A stretch of 64,000 bases of DNA, from contig CBDFJQ010000002.1 in assembly GCA_965248575.1 (NCBI GenBank), positions 3,968,001 through 4,032,000 of the forward strand, written 5' to 3'. Origin of the DNA: Planctomycetota bacterium (GTDB taxonomy: Bacteria > Planctomycetota > B15-G4). Positions 10,145 to 17,995 of the stretch are shown piece after piece. The notes beneath the pieces were generated by a model, which was given only the letters and a program-made list of their open reading frames with translations, was not told where the DNA came from and did not search any database. Numbering within the stretch: position 1 is the first letter of the stretch; the number at the start of each line of letters is the position of its first letter. The translations under genes were made by a program, and so were the position numbers.

Positions 10145-10735
10145 ATGAAGACGTTGTTGACCCTCATCGCGCTGGCGTTGCTCGGCGCCTTTCTCGTGCT
10201 CGGATCCATCTCGGACAAGCGGGTCCCTCCGGGCAGCCTGGTCCGACCGGGCGGGCTGGACCCTTCGGGAGGTCCAGCCTTCGAGGTGTACGTCGTGAAG
10301 CCCCGCGTGAACCGACCCTTTGCAGGGCTGCTCCCAGACGGCATCTTCGGACTTCCTTCCAGCGAGCTGCGTTTCGATCACACGGGCCTTGGCGCCGAGA
10401 TCCGCCGCGTTGAAGAGGATCGCCTCGAGCTCAGCGGGAATGGTTGGGAACTGCTGATCGAGACGGACGGCGAAGGGAGGGTCGCTCCAGGAACGCGCAT
10501 CGTGTTCCCGTTGGAGCTCGGGGGTCAGCAGCGCATCCTGCGCTGTCGACCTGAAGCGCTGGCCTCCGCCGAACTCATCATTACGACGCGGGAGGACTCG
10601 GACGAACTCGACGGGAGCTTCCTGGTCGAATTCGCCAGCTGCGAGATTGCGGAGTCGCAGAAGGCCATCGAGTGGCCGTCGGCGCCGCTCACCGTCCACG
10701 GGAGCTTCGTGGGGGCGTCGAGCGTGTCACGATGA
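10145..10735 (+). CDS. Hypothetical exported/membrane-anchored protein
   Basis: MKTLLTLIALALLGAFLVLG N-terminus; stop overlaps the next start (ATGA). Confidence 0.65.
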   Translation: MKTLLTLIALALLGAFLVLGSISDKRVPPGSLVRPGGLDPSGGPAFEVYVVKPRVNRPFAGLLPDGIFGLPSSELRFDHTGLGAEIRRVEEDRLELSGNGWELLIETDGEGRVAPGTRIVFPLELGGQQRILRCRPEALASAELIITTREDSDELDGSFLVEFASCEIAESQKAIEWPSAPLTVHGSFVGASSVSR

Positions 10736-11283
10736 CAAACAACGGATTCCTGAAGAGGCACGGCGTCGTGCGGAGCTCCATCAAGAAAGACCTGCTGCAG
10801 TTCGCGTTGCCTGGAATGACCCTCTTCATCATCGAGCTGCAGTTCTGCGGACGAGAGAGTCTGAGGGGGTTCTGGGGGACTCTCTGGGGGCTGATCACAC
10901 ATCCGGCAACCCTGCTCGAGTTTCCGGTGCACGGCCTCATCGGGCTGGGTCTCTTCGTTGCGGGGCTGTCCACCATGCTGGTGGGCCAGATCACGCTCTG
11001 GAGGAACTATTCAGGCACCGTGCTGATTCGAAAGGACCACCGGCTCATCGCGCACGGCATCTACCGCTTCACCCGGAACCCCATCTATCTCGGCCTCATC
11101 ATGGGCCTCCTGGGTCTGCCTGTTTACGCAGCAAGCCTGTATGGGTTCTTGACTGCCTTGGTCCTCATCCCGGTCATCCTCAACAGGGTCAGGTTGGAAG
11201 AGGAGTTGCTGGGCGAGGAGTTTCAACAGGCGTATCAGGAGTACATGAAGAGAACCAAGAGGCTGATTCCCTTCATCTATTAG
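10732..11283 (+). CDS. Isoprenylcysteine carboxyl methyltransferase (ICMT/PEMT) family membrane protein
   Basis: HRLIAHGIYRFTRNPIYLG and EEELL..F..AY.EY...TKRLIPF motifs. Confidence 0.9.
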   Translation: MTNNGFLKRHGVVRSSIKKDLLQFALPGMTLFIIELQFCGRESLRGFWGTLWGLITHPATLLEFPVHGLIGLGLFVAGLSTMLVGQITLWRNYSGTVLIRKDHRLIAHGIYRFTRNPIYLGLIMGLLGLPVYAASLYGFLTALVLIPVILNRVRLEEELLGEEFQQAYQEYMKRTKRLIPFIY

Positions 11284-11309
11284 AGGTGTGGCGCGGGTGG
11301 TCCTGGAGA

Positions 11310-11867
11310 ATGGCAATGACTGATCGACGGGTAGCACTGCTCCGCGGAATCAATGTCGGCAAGGCGAAGCGCATTGCGATGGCGGATCTCAGGGAGCTTT
11401 TCGCCGAGCTGGGCTACCTCGACGTCCGGACGCTGCTGAACAGCGGCAACGTCGTCTTCACCGTGGCCAAGAAGCGTGCTGGCGACGAGAGCGCCCGGAT
11501 CGAGAAGGCGATCGCCGATCAGTTGGGCGTCGAGACGAAGGTGACGGTGCTCACGGGGAAGGAAGTCGCAGAGGCGGTGCGCAAGAACCCGCTGAACGAT
11601 GTCGCGGACAACCCGTCGCGCCTCTTGATCATGGCACTGCGAGACTCGAAGACCGGTGCGAAGATCAAGCCACTGCTCAAGCAGAGCTGGGCGCCGGAGG
11701 CCTTGGAGGTTGGGAAGCGTTTCGCGTACTTGTGGTGCCCGAACGGCATCCTCGACAGTCGGCTCGGTCCTGCCGTGAACCGACTCGCTGGCAACGCCGG
11801 CACGTCACGGAACCTCAAGACGATGGAGAAGCTCCTGGCCCTGGTCGAAGGCGCAGAGGGCCGGTAG
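11310..11867 (+). CDS. DUF1697 family protein
   Basis: VALLRGINVG, DVRTLLNSGNVVF and TSRN motifs. Confidence 0.9.
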   Translation: MAMTDRRVALLRGINVGKAKRIAMADLRELFAELGYLDVRTLLNSGNVVFTVAKKRAGDESARIEKAIADQLGVETKVTVLTGKEVAEAVRKNPLNDVADNPSRLLIMALRDSKTGAKIKPLLKQSWAPEALEVGKRFAYLWCPNGILDSRLGPAVNRLAGNAGTSRNLKTMEKLLALVEGAEGR

Positions 11868-12006
11868 ACCGACACCCGTTAGACTGGGGCACTCAGTGGT
11901 CGGCGCGGGCGGCTGAGTCGTGAGCACACTGAGCGCATGAAGCTGGCTGGGTTTGTGAGCAACGATCCCATCACGAGGGGGCTCAACCATCGAGAAGACC
12001 CGACTT

Positions 12007-12417
12007 GTGCACTTCATCCTCTACGTCCAGGACCAACAGCGAAGCGCCCAGTTCTACGCGCTCGCCCTGGCTGCAAAACCGGCCCTGGATGTCCCTGGCA
12101 TGACCCAGTTCGAATTGCCGGGGGACGCGTTGCTCGGCTTGATGCCAGAGGCTGGGGTCAGGCGCTTGCTGGGCGATGTTCTCCCTGACCCTGCAAATGC
12201 CAACGCTGCTCCGCGTGCTGAGCTCTACCTGGTCGTGCCCGACCCCATGACCGCGCTCCAACGGGCTGTTGATGGAGGGGCCAGGCTCTTGAGCGAGGTC
12301 CAGCCACGAGACTGGGGACACGCAGCGGGTTATTGCCTGGACCCTGATGGGCACGTCTTGGCGTTTGCAGCTGAGCTTGCTTCTACACAAGACGTGCTTG
12401 CTGAAGATGCTTGCTGA
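12007..12417 (+). CDS. VOC/glyoxalase family protein
   Basis: ILYVQDQQRSAQFY and RDWGHAAGYCLDPDGHVLAF. Confidence 0.85.
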   Translation: MHFILYVQDQQRSAQFYALALAAKPALDVPGMTQFELPGDALLGLMPEAGVRRLLGDVLPDPANANAAPRAELYLVVPDPMTALQRAVDGGARLLSEVQPRDWGHAAGYCLDPDGHVLAFAAELASTQDVLAEDAC

Positions 12418-12546
12418 AGCGCTCGACAGCGCTCGTTGGCGCGGATGTGATGGCTGCCGGCCTTCCGGGAACGACCTTCGCGGAGTGCCGTAGACTGGGG
12501 CCAGTGTGCGCTGGCACCGTGCTGTGATTGACGAGCGGAGAACCCC

Positions 12547-12960
12547 ATGACCCTGGCGTACGAAGAACGCATCCGACTCGCCAACGACGAGCTCATCAGC
12601 AAGGGCAGGCTCGCGATGGTGGGGGAGATCTTTGCACCCGACTACATCCTGCACTCCGGTGGCAAGCGGGCCACGGGCACCGACTTCGTGAAGCGCTTCA
12701 TTCGCCAGCTTCGTGTGGCGCTGCCGGATGTGCGCGTCGAGAAGGTGGAGTTCTTCCTGCGGCACGGGAAGACGGTGGCCTGGGAGCGAACCTTGAGCGG
12801 CACGCATGCGAAACCCCTGAAGGGGATCCCGGCCAGCGGGAATCGGGTGGAATGGCGGGACATGATGGTCTCGCGCTTCGAGGGCGAGAAGATCGCCGAG
12901 GAATGGTCTGTCTCCGAGCTGGCGGGGCAGTTGCTCCTCGCGCTTCCACGGGTCAAATGA
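12547..12960 (+). CDS. SnoaL-like ester cyclase family protein
   Basis: GTH...LKGIPASGNRVEW..M.VSRFEGEKIAEEW; GGAG RBS. Confidence 0.85.
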   Translation: MTLAYEERIRLANDELISKGRLAMVGEIFAPDYILHSGGKRATGTDFVKRFIRQLRVALPDVRVEKVEFFLRHGKTVAWERTLSGTHAKPLKGIPASGNRVEWRDMMVSRFEGEKIAEEWSVSELAGQLLLALPRVK

Positions 12961-13206
12961 CTCAGCGACAATTTGCCAGTGATCTCTCGGGGCGCCTCTC
13001 AAGGCGGGGGCTAGGCCCCCGATCCGGCTCTCTGGGGACATTCTGGGCATTCTCCGAACAGTTGGACGCTCGGGTGGCTTGTTGCTGAGGTTGGCTGATC
13101 GGGCATCTCGGAGTAATATCCTCTGCCGCACATGTGCTGCTGCACTGCGAGCATCAGGGGTGTTCGCGCCATCCGGTCGCCGGGCAGGTCGACTGGAACC
13201 CTCTCC

Positions 13207-13644
13207 ATGGACATTTTTGTGCTGACCTGCCGCACCCTTGCCTGGTTGCTCATCGGGGCACTTCTCGTGCCCGCTCCGATGGTCATGCATGGCCTCCCGA
13301 CTTGGGGACAGGTCGGCTTGGGTTCGTCGAGCAGCGCGACTGCGGACGCCTGCAACTGCGAGATTCCGCCGGACGCCGTCTGCTGCTCGAGTGATGAGCA
13401 GTTGATCACTCCAGCGCAATCCGTCCCCTCCAGCGTGCAAATGCTGGTGGGTTGCGGTTGCGGCTGCGGTTCTGCTGGAGAAGGAAGCGCCGTCCTGCCG
13501 GATCCACTCGGCCGTCTGCAATTCGTTGTGGGCATCACTCACGATTCGCTTCTGGTGCCGCTTCCGCGCGCACACGGAATCGGGGAAGACCCGAAGGAAC
13601 ATCGCGATGGACCGGAACCGCCTCCTCCCCGATGCGCGATTTGA
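13207..13644 (+). CDS. Hypothetical Cys-rich protein with N-terminal hydrophobic segment and C-terminal PEPPPPR
   Basis: CNC..CC and CGCGC motifs, Pro-rich end; start codon uncertain. Confidence 0.55.
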   Translation: MDIFVLTCRTLAWLLIGALLVPAPMVMHGLPTWGQVGLGSSSSATADACNCEIPPDAVCCSSDEQLITPAQSVPSSVQMLVGCGCGCGSAGEGSAVLPDPLGRLQFVVGITHDSLLVPLPRAHGIGEDPKEHRDGPEPPPPRCAI

Positions 13645-13890
13645 TCTGGAGCGGCAATCGGTCCCAGCTTGAGTGAAGGCTGAGGCACCGCTCGCTCGAC
13701 GTGCACTGTTTCGTGCACGCCGTGTGTCGCTGCCCCCGCGATTCCGCGAAGCGCCAGCAGTCCTCAGTGTTGAGAACGCCCGCGCTCGCAACCGGTGCGA
13801 TGTGAACTTTTTCCGGTCGCGCCCCAAATCTGCACATCACCGTTTCATAGCGGTCATCTCAGTACTTTCATCTTTCCTAGGAACAACACC

Positions 13891-14310
13891 ATGAAGATCA
13901 TTCTCAGTGCCGCAGTTCTTCTCTTCGCCATGTCCACGGCCAGCGTCGCTTCCGTGGGAGCCATTTCTGGCACCGCCGCTGGCGTGTTGGAGTCGGTCGC
14001 CATTCTTCAGCACGAGTGGCTTCACGATGAGTACGGATCATCCTTCGGGTCACACGGCTTGGAAGAGGCGGCCACGGATCTCTACGCGGGCCTTCTCGAT
14101 TGGGAAGCGGGCGGGCTCACGACCGAGGCCGATCTGTTCGGCTTCAAGGTCGTGCTCGACAACGCCTACTTGAGCTACACCCAGAGCATCGCTCTTGCGG
14201 GTGTGCTCGGCCAGGGCGATGCCACGGCCGACCTGTACGACAAGGTGATCGGCAACATGTTCTTGCGCTTGAGCTTCAGCCTGAACAACCTGGATCCCTT
14301 CGGTACCTGA
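13891..14310 (+). CDS. Small secreted hypothetical protein (acidic, probably helical)
   Basis: Signal peptide MKIILSAAVLLFAMSTASVA; AGGA RBS; AT-rich leader; strong hairpin downstream. Confidence 0.75.
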   Translation: MKIILSAAVLLFAMSTASVASVGAISGTAAGVLESVAILQHEWLHDEYGSSFGSHGLEEAATDLYAGLLDWEAGGLTTEADLFGFKVVLDNAYLSYTQSIALAGVLGQGDATADLYDKVIGNMFLRLSFSLNNLDPFGT

Positions 14311-14344
14311 GAAACCCGAAGCATCCGATGTCTTGAGTAACCCC

Positions 14345-14384
14345 GGAGCCCGGGTCGGAAAGTCTGCTTTCCGGCCCGGGCTTC
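14345..14384 (+). terminator. Strong hairpin, probable terminator or transcript stabiliser
   Basis: GGAGCCCGGGTCGGAAAG-tctg-CTTTCCGGCCCGGGCTTC, 18-bp stem with two G:U pairs; no clear U tail. Confidence 0.55.
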
Positions 14385-14469
14385 GACTGTCTTGTCGGCG
14401 CTCCCGCTGGCAAGCTGTCGCCGTCGTGCACGACCACTTCGAACGCCTGGCCTGGGTGAGGGAACGCCT

Positions 14470-14898
14470 GTGTTACGTGAGTACCAAGCCCCGGATCTAG
14501 AGCCTCTCCTCAACACCTGGGCGGCCGCTTCGACGCAGGCGCATCCGTTCCTCACGGCCGAGTTTCAGGCCCAGGAGCGCCTCAACATCCCGAACCTCTA
14601 TCTTCCGAACGCGGAAACCTGGGTCTGGGAGGAGCAGGGTCGCGTCGTGGCCTTCATCGCACTTCTGGGAGATGAGGTCGGAGCGCTCTTCGTGGATCCC
14701 GCGCAGCAGCGAAAGGGCATTGGTCGTGCCTTGATGGACCACGCGCAGTCCTTGCGAGGCCAGCTCGAAGTGGAGGTGTTCAAGGAGAACGCACTCGGTC
14801 GGAGCTTCTATGCGAGCTACGGGTTCGAGCTGATGCATGAGAATCTCCACGAACCGACGGGGCAGCAGGTCCTGCGGCTGCGGTTCTCGGAGACCTGA
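14470..14898 (+). CDS. GNAT family N-acetyltransferase (YjaB-like)
   Basis: AHPFL, ALFVDP..QRKGIGRALM and VFKENALGRSFY..YGF motifs; GTG start after GAGGG. Confidence 0.9.
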   Translation: MLREYQAPDLEPLLNTWAAASTQAHPFLTAEFQAQERLNIPNLYLPNAETWVWEEQGRVVAFIALLGDEVGALFVDPAQQRKGIGRALMDHAQSLRGQLEVEVFKENALGRSFYASYGFELMHENLHEPTGQQVLRLRFSET

Positions 14899-15123
14899 TG
14901 GGTGCCGAACAGCAGGCGTCCGGCACCGCGTCCTGGAGGTCTCGCTGGTGAAGGGTGGGCACGGCTCAAGCACCGAGCGGAACGGGAACAGCGGCCGTTC
15001 GAGAGGTGTTATCTTCGAGGCCAAGGGCACGGTGATGGAAAAGGAGCGGGCTGCCCTCAGCGATGGGTCAACGTGGTTGCACCTGTCGGTCATCGAAGTC
15101 GCTCCCCGAGCGAGAAGAGGGCC

Positions 15124-15648
15124 ATGCACACGGCTGGACGTTTCATCCGTCTCCTGGTTTCGGCGACTTGTCTGGTCGCGCTAGGGGCCAATGCACTCGT
15201 GGCCATCCCAGCGCTGAAGGCCGAGCGCATCACGCTTGAGAGCCGGGGGGACAACGGCCCTTACGGCAAGAGCGCCTACAGCTTCCGGTATCGCAGCCAG
15301 AAGCTTGAGGGCCATCGAAATTAGGTCGACCTCGTCTTCAACGGCTGTGGCAACGTGCACATCTTGAGCGGTGGTGCGACCAATCGGGTCGCCGAGGTGG
15401 AAGGCAAGAAGCTGGAGAAGGTGAGCGAGCTTCCATCCAGCGGATGGTTGACCAGGTGTTTCACGCCGCGAAAGTCAGCGCTGTACGTGATGCAGATCGA
15501 AGACGAGCAGCAGAAGTTCGCCGTCAAGTTCCGCGTCGTGGAGGCCAAGCCCAGCAAGGTGGTTTTGGAATGGTTGCCGTTCACGGAAGAGCCCAAGGAC
15601 GAGCGCGGAACGCAGGGGCAATGTGGTGGTGCCCATGAGTGTTCCTGA
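15124..15648 (+). pseudogene. Secreted hypothetical protein interrupted by an in-frame TAG (15322-15324)
   Basis: The signal-peptide ORF continues in the same frame past the TAG (..HRN*VDLVFNGCG..) to TGA at 15648. Confidence 0.65.
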
Positions 15649-15695
15649 GCGCCATGACCACGGCCTGCTCTGGCGCTGGCGCAGGGTGCAGAACA

Positions 15696-16076
15696 ATGAC
15701 TGAGCCGCTGAGCCTTGCCGGACGAATCGCTAGCGTGAGATGCGCACTCCACGGCGTCTGGCATGTGCTCAAGTCGCAGCACAATGCCTGGATTCATGCC
15801 GCGGCGACGCTCGCTGTGCTCGGGCTGGGTCTGGGGCTCGGCCTCGGGGCTCTTGAATGGGCGTTGATGCTCATGGCCATCGCGTCGGTCTGGGCTGCGG
15901 AGGCCTTCAACACGGCCGTGGAGCTTCTCGCGGATGTCGTCTCGCCAGACGTTCACCCCGTCATCGGGAAAGCCAAGGATGTCGCAGCCGGCGCGGTTCT
16001 CATCACGGTCCTGGGCGCGGTTGCCGTAGGTGTGTTCGTGTTGGGCCCTCACGTCCAGCTTGCGCTGGGCGCTTGA
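15696..16076 (+). CDS. dgkA: Diacylglycerol/undecaprenol kinase family (DgkA-like)
   Basis: EAFNTAVELLAD and AKDVAAGAVL motifs; 3 TM segments. Confidence 0.85.
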   Translation: MTEPLSLAGRIASVRCALHGVWHVLKSQHNAWIHAAATLAVLGLGLGLGLGALEWALMLMAIASVWAAEAFNTAVELLADVVSPDVHPVIGKAKDVAAGAVLITVLGAVAVGVFVLGPHVQLALGA

Positions 16077-16080
16077 AGTC

Positions 16081-16410
16081 ATGACGGCGCACCCGACAAC
16101 TCAACTGTTGCAGCACTTCCTTGCTGCCCTTGCCTACCGCACGCAGAAAGCGGTTCGCGATGCGCCTGTGTCCTACCCCGAGTTCCGTATCGCGGCCAAC
16201 GTCCGGACACCTCATGAGCTCATCTGGCACATGACGGGCGTCATCGGCTACGCCGCCAGCTTGTTCCGTGGCGAGCCCATGCGTCCGGATCAGCTCGGGT
16301 CGTTCCAAGCGGAGCTCCAGCGTTTCCACGCAACCCTCGAGGCGCTCGCGCAGCTGTTGGAAACCCAGGAGCTTCCCGAGCGGACGACAGCCAAGCAGGT
16401 GCAGGGATGA
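16081..16410 (+). pseudogene. DinB-like protein, apparently C-terminally truncated
   Basis: LQHFLAALAYRTQKA and RTPHELIWHM; ends at QVQG with no C-terminal His-bearing helix (HxxxH/HxGQ) expected for DinB-like folds. Confidence 0.55.
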
Positions 16411-16622
16411 AGTCCTGGATCTGGATGATCGGCCTGGCGGTCGTGAGCCTGGGCTTTGGTGCCCTGTGCGTCTGGATGGGCAGCGCCATGCAACAGGTCT
16501 AGGCCCTGCCCTCGTGGCTGAAGCACGACGAGGTCAACGGAACCCAAGAGCTGTTCATGTTCGCCTGGGCGTTTGCTGTCGGCGTCGGTGCGCATCGCGC
16601 GACCTCGACCAAGAAGAGCTGA
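16407..16622 (+). pseudogene. Small membrane protein remnant with an in-frame TAG (16500-16502)
   Basis: MKSWIWMIGLAVVSLGFGALCVWMGSAMQQV*ALPSWLKHDEVNGTQELFMFAWAFAVGVG..; ATGA overlap with the upstream ORF. Confidence 0.45.
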
Positions 16623-16951
16623 GGTGCGCGCTCACCCCGCTGGGGGCTGATCGCAGACCACCGCGGTCAACCTGGGAGGGTCTGGTGTGTTGTCACCAGG
16701 GAAGGGCGCGAAGGGGTTTCCCGCGTCAAAAGCGAAAAAGTCGGCGCACGGGGTATCGAGGGGCGAACGGGCCTTCCCCGCGGCCCATGTCGCAGTCCGG
16801 TTCAGAACCCCATTCCCCCGCTGCAGCGAACCGCACGCCATGCAGGCGCGGGGGGCGGACGGCGTCAAGCTGCCGGAGCACACCTCCGATGAGGGGAGGC
16901 GCGGACGCGGGGGCTCAAGGGCCTCTTCGTCCGACCTGACCGGAGACTCAC

Positions 16952-17995
16952 ATGAGCACCAGCCCTTCCCGCACTCACCACCTGTTGTGGGTGGCGACCC
17001 TGGTCGTCCTGGTGGGGTTCATGCTTCAGGAGCCTGGCTCCGTGGCAAAAGCCGTGAACGCGGAGGGCGCAGGCGCCAGTGAGGCGGCTACCGCGAGCAG
17101 CTCGCCCTCGATCCTCGGCCTGCTCCAGCCTGTTCCCAAGGCGGTGCTCTTGAACCCCAGGCGACGCGAGCTGGGTCGCAAGCTGTTCCACGACGGCAAG
17201 CTGTCCGTCGATGGCAGCATCTCGTGTGCGAGTTGCCATGACCTGGAACGCGGCGGCGCCGATGGTCGCCCCGTGTCGCTGGGCGTCAACGGTCTCCTGG
17301 GGCAGATCAATGCGCCGACCGTCTTCAACTCCGGTTTCAATTTCCGGCAGTTTTGGGACGGGCGTGCGGCCTCGCTCGAAGACCAGGTCGACGGGCCCAT
17401 CACTCATCCTTCGGAGATGGGGTCCGATTGGCAGACGATCCTGGCGAACCTCCAGAGTGACGCGGACTACAGCGATCTGTTCGAAGCGGCCTACGGCGGA
17501 GAGATCAGCCAAGACACGGTCTCCGACGCCATCGCGACCTACGAACGTTCGCTGATCACACCCAACTCCCCCTTTGATCGATTCCTGCGAGGTGAGACCG
17601 ACGCACTGGATGCGCAGGGGCTGCACGGTTATGAGCTGTTCCTCGAACTTGGCTGCGTCACGTGCCACCAGGGCGTGAACATCGGCGGCAACATGTTCCA
17701 GGTGTTCGGTCGCATGCAGTCGTTCTTTGCAGACGACGAGCAGATCAGCTACGCCGACAAGGGGCGCTTCAACATCACCGGCCGCGAAGAGGATCTGCAC
17801 AAGTTCAAGGTGCCCACCTTGCGAAACGTGGCACTGACCGCTCCCTATCTGCACGACGGTTCGGTGGAGACACTGGAGGAGGTCGTGCAGATCATGGCGC
17901 GGCACGAGCTGGGGATGGAACTCACCTCGGATGAGGTGGCCGGCCTGGTGAGCTTCCTGCATGCCCTGACTGGTGAGCAGCCGGAGACGCCATGA
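16952..17995 (+). CDS. Di-heme cytochrome c peroxidase (CCP/MauG family)
   Basis: Two CxxCH motifs (CASCH, CVTCH), QFWDGRA, FKVPTLRNV, APYLHDGS. Confidence 0.93.
   Translation: MSTSPSRTHHLLWVATLVVLVGFMLQEPGSVAKAVNAEGAGASEAATASSSPSILGLLQPVPKAVLLNPRRRELGRKLFHDGKLSVDGSISCASCHDLERGGADGRPVSLGVNGLLGQINAPTVFNSGFNFRQFWDGRAASLEDQVDGPITHPSEMGSDWQTILANLQSDADYSDLFEAAYGGEISQDTVSDAIATYERSLITPNSPFDRFLRGETDALDAQGLHGYELFLELGCVTCHQGVNIGGNMFQVFGRMQSFFADDEQISYADKGRFNITGREEDLHKFKVPTLRNVALTAPYLHDGSVETLEEVVQIMARHELGMELTSDEVAGLVSFLHALTGEQPETP

Noticed and set aside
12395..12419. Short tandem duplications (TGCTTGCTGAAG x2 here; CCGCGACTGAG x2 at ~50255; APVAP-coding repeat at ~32000)
   Set aside because: Only two copies with no spacers; not CRISPR and not a recognisable target-site duplication.
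11868..12546. Integron attC sites (GTTAGAC at 11878)
   Set aside because: No matching RYYYAAC inverse core or palindromic arms and no integrase; the repeat is better explained as a TAGACT -10 box.
16864..16892. Sigma-28-like promoter TCAAG..TCCGATGA upstream of the CCP gene
   Set aside because: Spacing and -10 element are imperfect and there is no supporting context.
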